Source of the DNA: Guillardia theta CCMP2712
Lineage: Eukaryota; Protista; Cryptophyta
DNA length: 64,000 nucleotides
Reading direction: 5' to 3'
Assembly (NCBI RefSeq): GCF_000315625.1
Contig: NW_005434580.1
Span: 209,648 to 273,647 of the forward strand
The position numbers were made by a program, and so were the translations under genes. The stretch's first letter is position 1. Each line of letters opens with the position of its first letter. The notes beneath the pieces are model-generated. The model made no database searches, was not told the DNA's origin, and saw only the letters and a program-made list of their open reading frames with translations. This document shows, piece after piece, positions 10,440-23,621 of the stretch.

Positions 10440-12093
10440 TTTATGTCCTTTTTGATGGAATTGGTGTACAATCTTACAATCAACCGTTGTTCCTTCGCGC
10501 ACTCCCTTACGGACAGAGCGTCTCAAGGCACTCTCAAGGCGCCAGCGAGGTCGTTGGGGGTCAGACGGAGTCAGCTCTGCAGTCTTGAGAGAAACGTCAC
10601 GTAGGGCCTCTTTGGGCGTCCTCCTCCTCCTTGTCAAGTTCTGTTGGGGAAAGCATCGTACTTGCATCCTGCAACTTTCTTGCTGCTCCTGCTCCTGCTT
10701 CCTCCCTTGGCCTCTCCAGTTCAAGATGTGATCATGGCGGCGCCTACTGTTATGAACATCACTCCAGCCATCATCCGCAGTACACTCCCGAAGGGCATCT
10801 TGGCCCTGCGAGCATGTAAGGGAGGAAGTGTACAGGGTAGGCCATAGTCACCGCTTCGAAGCCTTGAACAGCCTTCCATGAGCCCAGGTAAGGAGGGCAA
10901 GCATCGAGCAATCTGTACATTTCAAGAGCGTCAGGATGTGGTGGGGTGTTACAATCCTTGCTCACAAGTTGTCAACTTGACCCCCTGCCATGTCGTCACT
11001 CCGGGAGACGAGGCACAGGGACTTACCGTTGCAGATCTGTCAATGGTGGGGAAGCGATTGTATGATATGCTCAGAAGCACGCCTGTAGGGATGGAAAAAT
11101 GAGGCTGTACATAGGGGAGGGAGGGAGAGGGAGAGGGAGAGGGAGAGGGAGAGAGGAGAGGGGAGAGGGGAGAGGGGAGAGGGGAGAGGGGAGAGGGGAG
11201 AGGGGAGAGGGGAGAGGGGAGAGCGGGAGGAAGGGAGGAAGGGAGGAGGGAGGAGTGACGGAGAAGGTAAGAGAAAATACAACGAGCAAGAAGATCCGAG
11301 TAAGAGAGTAAGGGAGGGGGGGGGGAGGAAGGAGACCCAACAACCTTGGCTTGCAAACGCCGTGATCACAGGCTCTGTCGACAGGTCGCCCCAGTTCGGA
11401 TGCGAGCTGGTCCCGATGCACAACAACCCCAGGGACCCAAGAAGGAAGGAGCGGGAGAAAGGGTAGAGGTCCTGGTAGTCCAGGCTTGTTATCAAGGAGA
11501 GCAGCTCCGACCCTCCACTCCTGGCTAGCTCCATGAGGTCAAGGCAGCGGCGCCTCAAGTATTCCGAGGAAGCAGAAAGAACTCCAGCACAATACTGCCC
11601 TGTGCGCCAGACGTAGGACTGAATGACATTGTGGGCAGAGTCCTTGGAAAAGTCCTCCCTCACTTGCAACACAAGATGGTTCAGACCCGTCCAAGAAGAT
11701 CGTAGGAACGTGGCGAACTGCAGGAGACGGGGCAGCACGCAGCATGGCGGCACAGCAGGAGAAACTTCGTCAGCAAGGGGGGGCGGGGCGGTATCAGTGG
11801 TAAGTTTACCCGGGTGAAGTGCAGGTGAAGCTCGGATATCCTCCTCTCCATCATCCATCCTAGCAAGAATTCAGCCGCCATGGTGCGAATAAACGCGAAC
11901 ATGTCTTACCATATGCGCGGGAAAGGTGCTCGTAAACCTTGCCATGGAACGAGGCCGTCAAGCTTCACGAAGCGGCAGCTTATCGCAACTCACCCATGTG
12001 GAAGCTAGCGTCGCTTGTCTTAGGATCGGAGCCACAGCTTCTGCGAATCCTGCTCCTTCTCCTGCTCCCGCTCCTGCTCCCGCTCCTGCTCCC

Positions 12094-12124
<31 letters not shown>

Positions 12125-12330
12125 ATGCACCTGCTGTGCCTGCACCTGAACTTGCTTCTGCTGCTGCTGCTGCTGCTGCTCCTTCTCCCCGCCCCCCGCC
12201 CCAAGCACCCCAAGCCTTCTCCCCGATTCCCGCCATGGCAAACCAGGGCAGCGCTCAATTCGATAGGCTAGTTTGATGCTGCCTTTAGGACACCCCAGGG
12301 ATGCCGCAAAAACAATGCGACTATCCTCCC
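10440..12330 (-). CDS. Hypothetical multi-exon, probably alpha-helical protein (ends approximate)
   Basis: Leu-rich exon LLQFATFLRSSWTGLNHLVLQVREDF...EPVITAFASQ (~11350-11720) and neighbouring short exons separated by CT-rich introns. No family recognised. Confidence 0.45.
11108..11225. repeat. (GGAGAG/GGGGAGA)n intronic microsatellite
   Basis: Direct reading. Confidence 0.9.
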
Positions 12331-12636
12331 TTCCTGCCTGCCTGCCTGCCTGCCTGCCTCCCTCCCTGCCTGCCTGCCTGCCTGCCTCCCTGCCTGCCTC
12401 CCTCCCTCCCTCCCTCCCTGCCTCCCTGCCTCCCTCCCTCCCATCCTTCCATGCTCATTTCGCACCCTTCCGTGTTTCCTTCATCTCAGAGGCAGAACAA
12501 AGAAATGGCAGGAAGCGGAGACGGAGGACGGGGGCAGGGGCAGAAGGAGCAAGGGAGGAGCAGAAGCAGGAGAAGGAGGAGGAGGAAGGGCAGGAGCAGG
12601 AGCAGGAGCAGGAGGATTGACGGGGTGGAACACAGG

Positions 12637-14363
12637 ATGCGTCATGTCCAGCTCGTGATGGGGCCTGCTGGATGCGGCAAGAGCACCTACTGTCACACTA
12701 TGTATGAGGTAGGCGAGTTTCCCGCACAGCCATCGTTGCCTTACCCTCCCCATGTCAGCATGGATTAGCAAGCAAGCGGTCCTTTCAGATTGTCAACCTC
12801 GACCCGGCGGCGGAACATTTCAAGTACCCGGTCACTGTAGGTAAAGATGCTCCTATCTCCATGCTGTGGGCCCGGAAGGTTCACTGGTATGAACGAACGT
12901 GACAGATGTAAGGGAGTTGATCTCGCTAGATGATGTCATGGAGGAGCTGGACTATGGGTGAGTAGGAGGGTCTGACATGAGAGCTGACGACACATGTTAC
13001 ATACGTTGAACACAGCAAGACAGTATCTGAACTCACACAGGGTTTCTCTCTAGAGCAGCTTGCATGTTTGCTGCTTTTCTCGCTAGAACCCTTGGCTCCC
13101 CTTGTTCTAACTCTTGACCTGTTCAGCCCCAACGGAGGCCTTGTGTACGCCTTTGAGTACCTTGACGAAAACCTCGAGTGGCTGCGGGAGCAGTGAGTGT
13201 TTTGAGCATAAAAAAATGTTGTTCCTGATGATCTGAAGGCTGGGGGATTCCGATGACGATTATTTCATCATGGACTGTCCGGGTCAGATTGAGTTGTACT
13301 CTCATGGTATGACTTCATTACTATATATCTTGCTTTGATGAACAGTATCTGCAGTGCCAGTCATGAAGAATCTTGTTCAGGCTCTTCAACGATGGGGGTT
13401 TCTTGACTTGTTGTGTTGCTGGCTGTCTTATTTCTTGCCCATCGATGGCAGGTTCATGGTTTGCGGGGTGTATGTGATAGATTCACAATTCATAGCTGAT
13501 CCTGGTCAACATCGAGATTGTTCACTCGGCAGTCTCTCTGATTCTTCTGATCAGGAAAGTTCATCTCTGGCTGTCTTGCTTGTCTCTCAGGTGCTTCACA
13601 ACATTGCTCGTAGCTGTTCCCTTCAATGATTGATGTGATCAGCGATGGTGCAACTTGAAATCCCGCATGTCAACGTCCTCACTAAGATGGACCTCGTACG
13701 GAAGAAGAGAAGTTTCATGGTTTCCGTCCTCTCCTCTCCTCCCCGATCAGAACATCACTGCACGTTGCAGGAGAAGTTCTACCAGCCAGACATCGACGAG
13801 CTCATAGCTGATCTCAACGCAGACTCAAATCCTGCGATGTACAAGTGAGCCGCTAATGACAAGATGCCATTCCCCTGTCTCTGACATGCTGGCAGGTTGA
13901 ACCAAGCCATGGGCTCTCTACTCGACGACTACAGGTGGACTGAGGTTGAGCATGCCTAGGGCTCACTATGTGATGCCGTGCAGCCTTGTTGGGTTCCTGC
14001 CGTTGAACATCTACGACCCTGACAGCGTCATCTTTGTGAGCCCCTCCTTTCCCTCCTTTCCCTCCTTTCCCTCCTTTCCCCCCTGCCCCTCCTGCCCCTC
14101 CGTTCCCTCCTTTCCCTCCATTCCCCCCTGCCCCTCCTGCCCCTCCTTTCCCTCCTTTCCCTCCTTTCCACCCTGCCCCTCCTGCCCCTCCTGCCCCTTC
14201 TGCTATGCCGCCTGACGAGCCGCCAGGTCCTGTCGCACATCGACAACGCGATACAGTATGGGTAACTCCTCCTCCCCTCCTCTCCTCCCTCTTGCTGACG
14301 TCCACGTGCAGGGAGGACCGGGAGCCGGCGGAGCCCGAGGAGTACGAGGTCCCCGATGAGTGA
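12637..14363 (+). CDS. GPN3: GPN-loop GTPase 3 (multi-exon)
   Basis: MRHVQLVMGPAGCGKSTYC (P-loop), IVNLDPAAEHFKY, GPNGGLVYAFEYL, DDDYFIMDCPGQIELYSH, MVQLEIPHVNVLTKMDL, DYSLVGFLPLN, IDNAIQYGED. Confidence 0.92.
14040..14200. repeat. 9-bp CCCTCCTTT/CCCTCCTGC tandem repeat in a GPN3 intron
   Basis: Direct reading; it gives the spurious PSFPSCPP ORF. Confidence 0.85.
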
Positions 14364-15077
14364 GGCAGGAGAGTTTTCAGCTCCGATCCGAGAGCTTGCT
14401 GAGATTCATTAGACCCTAAGTCGCTCTCTGCGAGCCTAAGCTTGTCTGGGCTGGTTGGCCCGCCGTCTGATCGTGACAAGAAAAGAGTAGAAGGGTTAAG
14501 AGGGTCGAGGAGGAGGAGGAAGAGGGGGAGGAGGAGGAGGAGGAGGAGGAAGAGGAGGAGGAGCGCTAGAAGAGAGGAGGGGGGCTAGAACGGAGGAGGA
14601 AGGGGGGCACCCGAAAGGAGGGGAAAAGAAAGGCTTGTAGTCAAGATGGTCACTCCGACCAGTCCAGCTGAGGTTTGTGGGGACTGAATGAGTTCAAGTG
14701 GTCGAATGTTGAGTTTGGGATTCACTCGCTACTACATTTTCTGTAGCCATGGATCAAATACCATCCTGCCTCCTTCCCACTCCTCCCATCCTCTTTCCTC
14801 ACTCTCCCTATTTTTCTCTCCTCTTCTCTCCTCTTCCCTACCGTCCTCCCACCCTCCTCCCTCCTCTTCTACACTTCTACTTCCCTTGATCTCTGCCGAT
14901 GCCTCTCTCACTCTGCCGCCATAAAAGGAGCAGGCTCACGTACGAGGTTCGAAGCTCAAAGCGAGCAGGAGATCAGGAGGAGAAGAGCGCTGTGATGCGA
15001 CATGAGGGCACAAGTCACAAACTACACGATGATCAGTCTACCTCTACCCTCCTTGGGACCTCAAAGGATCGCAAACC

Positions 15078-15144
<67 letters not shown>

Positions 15145-15305
15145 TAGTAGTGATCGTCGTCGTTGTCGTCGTCGTCGTCATCATCATCTCATTGTTCATA
15201 GCGCAGTAACATTGCTGTTATCGCTGTTATCTGCTATCTGTGGGTGTGATTGTATAAGTGCTTGTAACATCATCCTCCTCCTCCTCCTCCTCCTCCTCCT
15301 CCTCC

Positions 15306-15353
<48 letters not shown>

Positions 15354-15489
15354 NNNNNNNNNNNNNNNNNNNNNNNNNNNNNNNNNNNNNNNNNNNNNNN
15401 NNNNNNNNNNNNNNNNNNNNNNNNNNNNNNNNNNNNNNNNNNNNNNNNNNNNNNNNNNNNNNNNNNNNNNNCATCATCATCATCATATA

Positions 15490-15524
<35 letters not shown>

Positions 15525-15525
15525 A

Positions 15526-15598
<73 letters not shown>

Positions 15599-15600
15599 TT
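15078..15600. repeat. Compound trinucleotide microsatellite (CAG/TAG/CGT/CCT/CAT)n spanning an assembly gap (N 15354-15471)
   Basis: Direct reading. Confidence 0.95.
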
Positions 15601-16099
15601 TATCTTCTTACTGCTGCTGTCGCTGCTGCTGTTCTTGTTATTTGTTGTGTTGGACATGTTGTTTTATTGTTGATTGTTTTTCACTTGACGTACATTCGAA
15701 TCTCACCGTACCCGGTAGGTTCAGGATTGCACGCTTGGACGGGTACTTTAAGCATTAAATTCAAGGGTGGTCTGCAATATGGGGGGTTGGAGAAAGGGGT
15801 GGGCATTTGGCGCGCGTTTCGGGCCTTTCACAAGGAATGAACGAGGGGAATGAGACAACGAAGAGGGTATCATGGAGGAGAGGAGGAGAGGTTGTGCGAG
15901 AGAGAGCGAGTAGAAGGAGGAGGAAGAGGAGGAGGAAGAGGAGAAGGAAGAGGACACAGTGGTGAGTAAAGATGAAGCGGGAGTGAGGGGAGAAGGGAAG
16001 GATGAGGTGTTTATCATCGAATTGAGATTTTCTGATGATGCAAGTTGAAGCATCATGTGTGATCGAAGACGAAAGTGTGATGAGAAGAAAGCTGGAGAT

Positions 16100-19000
16100 G
16101 GGATAGAAGGAAGAAAGCACAGACTTGCATGACGCTGGTCGGACACGATGGTAGGGAGTCTGCTCTTGTCCTCATAGCCATGAAAGCGATCGGAATGAGT
16201 GTAGATGTAGGAGATATTGAGACGAGGAAGACAAAGAGAAGGAGAGAATGAGGGAAGTGGCAGGAAAGGGGACAGGACAAGGGAAGATCGACGTCGTGAG
16301 ACGTGTTGATTTCGTTGGACAACAGCAACTTATGGAGACTGTTTGGAAGAGTTGTTCAATATTTTTGTGGTGTTTGTAGAGCAGATGACACGTGGAGGAG
16401 GTGAATTCTGACAAGATATTATTCATCGGAGATGATCTGACTTCTGCTATGATAGTTGATGTGCATTGCAGGGGTGAATCATTGAGCTTGACCTACCTCG
16501 GGATGTTTGTTCTTGCTCGCATACGGTGAGCTGGGATCTGTTCTACTACACTCGTTTGAGTCATGGATTGCTTTGAGGGACGCCAAGCAGGTATGTTTCC
16601 TCTCATTGCAAGGACGAGCGCGGGCTCCACCTGATGATACTCCAAGTCCTTTAGTGATCGAAGACGCAGGCCAGTCACAGACGGAGGGGCTGAACAAAGA
16701 CTTCGAAGATTTGCCCTCTTCCAGCAAGAAGAGCCAAACTAAATCAAATGAATCCTCTAGCTCTCGGCCTGAATTTTCCCCTGGTGATATTGTGGAAGCT
16801 CGGTGGACTGAACCGGCTGCAGATGGTACTAGATTCTCTGATGTCAAATTTCCCTCCCAGTAATGAGTTGTAGGATTGTATCACTACTACAGAGCAAAGA
16901 TCTTGTCGTTCAGTAACGGGTGCTATGAAGTAAGATGAATTGTTTCAGACTTTATGGTTTGCTTATTACCATGTCTCAGATTCGATGGGAAGACCCGGAT
17001 GGCTTCGACCCCGTGATTACATTGAGAGCGGCTCGTGTCAGGAGTATAGGATCTGGGAAGCCACAGAAACCACGTAGAAGAAGAACGACGTTCGAGTCCA
17101 ATCGGTGACGTGTCTCAGTTTTGTTCTGCAAGGATGATTTTCCTTTTACAGATCGGAATCTCGAGTTCAGAACGCCATCTTCCTTCCCACGAAAAGCTCT
17201 TCCGGCAGAAAGGTCAACCGGATTCAGAAGTTTTCTTTCTCCGAAGCATACCAGAGCTCGTCGCTGCCACCAGTGATGAAGAAACCGAAGCCTATCGAGG
17301 AGGAGATAGCTGGCAAGTGGGTGGGCGAATCTCTTGGGTTCAACGGGTACAGGAAGTACTACCGATCAGTCGAGCTCGCTTCGAACGGGGAAATCATTGA
17401 ATGCGGAAAATGTGTTGCGATGCGACCTCCTCAGTCGAGTCGAAGCAAGTGGGACGCCAGCAAGTACATGCGCCTGATGTTTCTTTCCCATCGAGTCATT
17501 TCGCTCTTGCAGGCCATGGATAGCTGCTGTCAAGGACCTCTTCGAAGACACATATGGGAACATGATGATGAATTGCGTATATACCTGCGTCTCACTTTCG
17601 ATGTAGGATTGACCATTCTTAGGTCTGGTTTTATCGCCCTTACGACTGCAAAGGAGTTCAGTTGCCTGAGGATACATTAAGCACAGAAATATTCTTGAGT
17701 AAGTGGAATGGCACAACACAGCTAATTCTGCTGTTGTTCGAGTGCTGTTGATAACGTTGCAGGTGGTGTAGCGGATGAAAACAGCATTTTCTCCATCCAG
17801 GGCTCTTGTGAGGTTCGAGGCCCACAAGATTTTGAGCTTTATAAACAGAAGCAAGCTCTCAAGGTTTCAGAATCCGAAGGTGAATGGTCGACTTCTTGGA
17901 AACTTTGTCTTGATGCAGCTCTTGTTCAGAAATCGTTTCCGATAAAGAGCCTCTCGTGCTCCTGTGTCGACGGCGGTGAGTCAATGTGTAGAGTTGACGC
18001 CCAGCCACAGTCCTGATAATTTTCTTAACAGATTTGAAGAGGATTCCTTCGAAATTGTGGACATCAAAGATACGCAACGAGAGATTGAGAGGGCTGTGAA
18101 TGGAGTTCATTACTTGCAGAAGTCAGTCATGCAGCACATCCGGAATTTCCAGCAGGAGTGGATTGAGATCTTGATGAAGAACCAGATCAACTCAAAGATT
18201 TCGCCAGAGATCCTTCAATTTTTGAAATCAAGGAATCCGGGGTTTGAGGCAACGTTGAATTTGGCATTTCACGAGCAAGTTCGCAAATCTCAAACTCGCA
18301 GTTTCTATGCGGAGGAGATTGTGTTCGAGGAGAGCGATGTTCATTTCCATGACAGGAACTATGCCGATGGTTTCGTTGGGTTCCCGAACCGCGAATTCTT
18401 CAATTCCAAGTTTCAAAAACTCCCGTCGCAAAGTCACAGAAAGGAGAATTATGACCGCTGCCAGAATGACTCAAGTTTCCAGAATGCAAAGAAGCGATCT
18501 TCAGACCAGATAATCGACACGACCCGCCTATCACACAAACTTAAGAAGGCCAGGCCATCAGAAGCAGAAGTTCTAGAGAACAAGCACGTCAGGACATTTC
18601 AAAGCGAAGGAGGTCACTCGGATGATACAACGGCTTCGCAGCAATCAACTCCGTTGATCGAATCTCGTCAAGATGGAAATACTCCAGACCAATTCCCGAG
18701 ATGTGCGGACAGGAGTTTCGAGAACAACCACAACGAAGAGGTGAGGCATGCAAGTCGATACCACTGTTGAGCCCCGTGCAGGAGTTCGATGAAGCGAGCC
18801 AGAACGGGAGCTCGGACATGGATGCCGACTCTTCTTCAGATTCCGATGGGTGGTCGTCGAGCGACTGCTTGGAGACTGACAGGCGAGTGTTCCTGTCGGA
18901 CATCAACCCTCACCTCTACACTCGTCCCAAGACTGTCAAGGGGGGAACGGAATGGTATCCCAAGTTGACGCCTGAGGAGGCCAAGACCAGGGCAGGATAC

Positions 19001-20157
19001 CCTTGTTTGTGGGTCTGCGCCTACCCGATGTGCGGGCAAGCGTTTGCCAGTAGGCATTTCTGTAAAGCTCATCAGCTATCGGCGAAACACGGCAAGTGGG
19101 AGGGAGAAAATCCTGTGAGCGACTAGCGATGGTGGTTGCGTGTGTCTGAGATGCTCGACTGCAGATGATATCCAAGAGCGGCAAGCAGACAGCTATCGTA
19201 GTCGATTGCACCAGGAGCGGTGAGGTAACATTCGCTTCTCCCACCATAGAGAAGAAGATGAGGAAGGTAGACGAGCTCGATGCCCTTCGAGGCTCTCGAG
19301 ATTGACACGTCATTGCCGTGCAGCTAGTCAAACAGATGTCCGGCAGCGAAGAGCCGCAGATTGACATGAACTTGCCGGTCCCTGGGAAAGTTTTGCACAC
19401 GGGAGATCGTAAGTTCCTCTAAAGCTTCCGGTCGAGCTCTGACATGCGAGAAGGCTGCAAGGGATGGGGCTTGTTTGCTTGCAAGCACGTGCAGAAGGGA
19501 GAGTTCATAGGACACTACTCGGGAGTCGTGACAGACATCGGTTACGCCAAGCGCTACACGGGTCACTACACCTTCGGAGTGATCCATGGGCTGGCCATCG
19601 ACGGGACGGCGGTAGGAGTGAGGACGAGGACGAGGAGAAAGAGGGGGGGGGGGTGTTGTGGGAGGGAGGATGTGTAGCTGGTCGGGTGACTTGAGGCACA
19701 GGGTGGCGCCTTGAGGTTCATCAATCACTGCATGGAGAATGAGGAGCCGACAGCTCGAGCTCTGATAGTGAATCACCACGGTAGGAAGTTGAAATGACCT
19801 TGTCCGGCCCCTTCTTTCCTTGGTTGATCCCTATCCCCCTCCATTCCTCCTTCCCTTCCATTCTCCCTCCCTCCCTCCCTCCCTCCCTTCCCTCTGCCCC
19901 TTCCCTCCCTCTGCCCTTCTCTACCCCTCTTTTCTTTTCTTCTATTTAGCATAGTAGATGCTTGACCTGACCTTGTGTGATCCTGCAGGTGTATGCCATG
20001 TAGCAGTGTATGCGGCACAAGAGATCCAGGTTGGAGAAGAGATAACGCTGCGGTATTTGGATGTCTCGGTAGGCAAAGAACGATCAAATCGTTGGCACCA
20101 ACTCACTTCTTTGAGCAGGATGCTGAATTCTTTGCATCTCCTTGCGGATTGGACTAA
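16100..20157 (+). CDS. SET-domain lysine methyltransferase with Tudor/Agenet-like, BAH and C2H2 zinc-finger domains (5' end uncertain)
   Basis: Tudor FSPGDIVEARW..YYRAKILSFSNGCYE|IRWED (~16775-17040). BAH KWVGE..RKYYRSVEL..GKCVAMRP..PWIAAVKDLFED..WFYRPYD..EIFL (~17310-17800). C2H2 CAYPMCGQAFASRHFCKAHQLSAKH (~19015-19090). SET GWGLFACKHVQKGEFIGHYSG..IDG..RFINH..VAVYAAQEIQVGEEITLRY (~19455-20060). Stop TAA at 20157. Confidence 0.8.
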
Positions 20158-20209
20158 TTCGCTTGTTCCTCTTTCAGTTTTAATGTAAAGTAGCAGGTGA
20201 GCTAGTCCT

Positions 20210-23200
20210 TCACTGGTCCCTCGTCTTCGTTCCCTCCTCTTCCCCCTTCTTCATCTTCTCCTTCATCTTCTCTTTCATTTCCTCCTTCAACTTCGAGTAT
20301 ACTTCTACCACCTCCGCCACCTGGCCTCGTCACGTCACATGTCACAGCCCTCTCAGCAGACAGCTCGCTTACCGTTGCGATATCTCCGTCAAAGTGACAA
20401 GTTACATCGATCGTATCCAGGGCAAAGATGAACGACTGGCAAATCAGGAAGAAGTTGTCAACAAGGTTGGACCAGGGGAAGGGGAAGGGAAATAGGCAGG
20501 GGTAGAGAGAAAGGGGCAGTTGTAGGGGAAGGGATAGAGAGAAAGGTGTAGCGGCAGGGGCAGGGGCAGGGACAGGGGAGACTGACGTTGTCCGATCTTG
20601 AGCTCAAGTCTCCCTTCTTCCTCAAGTGAACTGGGTCGCCCTCAGCTCCGAACCTCCGAGTCTCTCCCCTCACCACTCCGAGGGTCATGCACGAGCACGT
20701 CCGAGATGGCCTGCTTGACCTGACCAGCATCGAGTCAGCTGGTCAGCAGCTGGTGATGCAGGGAGGAGCTGGACCTCTTCCTTGGTCTTGAAGAAGGTGA
20801 AAGATGGAAGAAACTTGTCTGTACGTCATAGGGTAAGTGGCAGCTGGGGGTCATGGTGAAGGAAGCAACCGATCTGACTCTCCGCCTCCTGCGAGAACTG
20901 AACGTTGAGCCTCGCGACCGGAGGCCTCTTGATCCACTGGCAGAGCAGGAGAGTCAAGACAGAGGAGGAGGAAGAAGTAGTGGAGCAGGAGCAGCAAGGA
21001 AGGTATGTAGAGATTGACAAAGAGGAGGGTCAAGGAAGCGCTAGAGGAGTTCAAGATCGAGAAACTGGATAAGAAAAGGGGAAGGGGGGAAGAAGAGGAG
21101 AAAGGGAAGGGAGAGATGGAAAAGAGGAGGAGAAAGAGGAGGGAGAAAGAGGAAGGAGGACGACGACGAGGACGACGTCGAGGAGGAGGAGGAGGAGGAG
21201 GAGGAGGAGGACGAGGACGAGGAGGACGAGGAAGATACCTCAGGAATCTTCACTTCCTCATCAGTCTCGTTGTCATAGTCGGGTATATACGGCTTGATGT
21301 CAAGGATGGGAGTTCCCTTGTAGACGTCAGCTGGATTATACCCCCACCCGTCCCTACCTGTATGATGTCAACCCCACTGAGGTGAAGCGTTCGCCCCTCC
21401 ACCCGCTCCAGCTGCCTGCGGCCTCAGCAGCAGCCTAGCTGAAAGATGGGAGGCGGACCTTGCACAGAGACAGCCCAATGGGGTTGGGCCGATGGGGGGT
21501 GCGGGTGGCAAACAAGCCCTTCCTAGTGCCGTCGAGGCGAGGAGGATGAACGAGTGCCTTGATGGACTGGAGGTGCTTGTCATGTGCATGGCGAAGATGG
21601 AGGAGGCGGCAGCGAGGGGAGGGAAGCAGAGAGACAGACGAGCAGGGGAGGGGCAGGGTCAACAAAGTAGGGAGGAAGAGTCTAGAAGGTGAGCAGAGGA
21701 TGGAGAGAAGGATGGGAGAGAGGAGAAAATCGCGAGAAACCTTGTTGCCATTGTCGTGAAAGAGAAAAAGTACCCACACCTGCAGGCAACTGATGAGAGA
21801 CGTGCGGGGGAGGTGGAAGTCGAGGAAAAGGAGCAGCAAGAGAAGAGCGAGGAGCAGGAGAAGAGCGAGGAGCAGCAGCAGGAGGAGCATGAGACATGAG
21901 AAAACTCGGTCAGTCCAATGAGCGTGTGCTCCGGATTAGTTCCGAACAAAATCGTGATAGAGCTGCCAACATGTCAAGAAACCCCAACGACGGGAGGGCT
22001 CTGCGAACCCCTTGGACGTCTTAGCGACGTTCCCCTGCCGAGGAGTCCCGTTCTGCAGCAGAATCAACAACTCCTCTCCCCTCTCCCGTACCCTACTTCC
22101 CGTCTCCTCCCCATCCTTTCCCCCCCCACCCCCCCTTTCTCCTCCATTCTTCTCCTTCACTGTCCCCTCTCCTCTCCCCTCCCCTCCTATCCCCTCCTCT
22201 CCTCTACTCTCCTCTCCTCTCCAGTCTTCCCTCACCTTCTCAAGGAAGCACGACGACATATACCCGATTGGACGCAGACCGACGATTGGCTGACCTTCCC
22301 AGACGACTCCTCCTCCCTGGCACGAGAACAACTCAGTCCCCGCAAGGGCCCAACAGTCTACTCGCCTCCATGTCCGATGGGATCGAGACTGGTTTCGCTC
22401 TTGTGCCGAGGACCTGACAGGAATCAGAGGAGGAGGAGGGGAGGGAGGGAGCGGACTTCGGCGACAGCCAGGTCCTTGGGTCTTGCCTCTTTGCCGGCAA
22501 ACCCGTAGCCTGGTGCTCGCATGTCAGGTGGGCAGCAGACGGGTCGGGGTGCTAACCGCTTGCCGTCAGGAGCTCCTTCCTGCTGCTGGAATTCTTCTCT
22601 CGCAATGACCTGGAAGGAAAGGAGGTGAAGGAAGGAGAGGAGATGAAGGAAGGAGAGGAGATGAAGGAGAGAGAGGAGGTGGTGGTGGAAGAGGAGATGA
22701 AGGAGCGGAGGTGAAAGAGGGAGAGGAGGTGAGGAGGGAGGGAGAGGAGATGAAGGTGGGAGAGGAGATGAAGGTGGGAGAGGAGAAAGAGGAGGAGGAG
22801 GAGGTGAAGAAGAGAGGAGGTGAGGAGGAAGAGGAGGTGAAGGAGCAGAGATGAAGGAGGGAGAAGAGAAAGAGGAGGAGGTGGTGGTGGAGGAGGTGGT
22901 GGAGGGAGAGGAGGTGGGGGAGGTGCAGGAGGAGGAAAACGAGGACCCTTACTTGTTCTCTGCTTTGAGGATCTCACACCAAGACGCGAGCTCCTTGACC
23001 TTCAACTTCGTCCTCAAATTAGCCCGGAGATCACTGATAAGCAGGGAAGCTACGTCACACCTCAAGGGCATCTATCCTCCTTTGTTCGCTAGACTTCGCT
23101 TCGTTCTTAACCTTGTAAACATCCCCGTCAATCAACTGCCCCCTACCACACAACTCACCTCCTCTTCATTGCTGTACAATTCATTCAGATCTCGTTTCCT

Positions 23201-23621
23201 GCATGATTTGCCCTCTACGCTCTGCAAACCGTTAGAGACGTTCCCAATCTCATTCATCCAACGGAGACTTCTACCATAAACAGCGAAGAGACTATCTTGT
23301 AGCATTTCCCTTCCGCTGCTGCCTCTACCATTGACCCTACGACATCATCAGGGCTCTATCAAGCCGATGTCGTTTGGCATAGACCGTCTTCGCGCAGCTC
23401 GACCACGTTGTCGTCTTCGTCAACCAGCAAAGCATGCGATCCTAACATGTTTCAGTTCCAATCACTTGGCTCTGACATCTTCGTGCTCATGCTCTCCTCC
23501 ACTCCTGCTCGCATGCTCTCCTCTTTCTCTCTTCTCCTCCTCTCCTCCTCTCACCCAGCATCTCCTTCAGCTTCTTGTCGTCCTTCATCTTCACCACCGC
23601 ATCTCCAATCTGAACCAGCAT
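20210..23621 (-). CDS. TRMO: tRNA m6t6A37 methyltransferase TrmO/TsaA (YaeB-like), possibly with an N-terminal extension
   Basis: LRPIGYMSSCFLEK|NGTPRQG, LIGLTEFSH|VWVLFLFH, KALVHPPRLDGTRKGLFATRTPHRPNPIGLSLC, GTPILDIKPYIPDYD, AISDVLVHDPRS. The catalytic part spans ~20210-22330. Whether exons at 22330-23621 belong to the same gene is uncertain. Confidence 0.85.

Noticed and set aside
15002-15758. Poly-I/poly-M/poly-S ORFs
   Set aside because: Translations of (CAT)n/(CAG)n microsatellites across an N gap.
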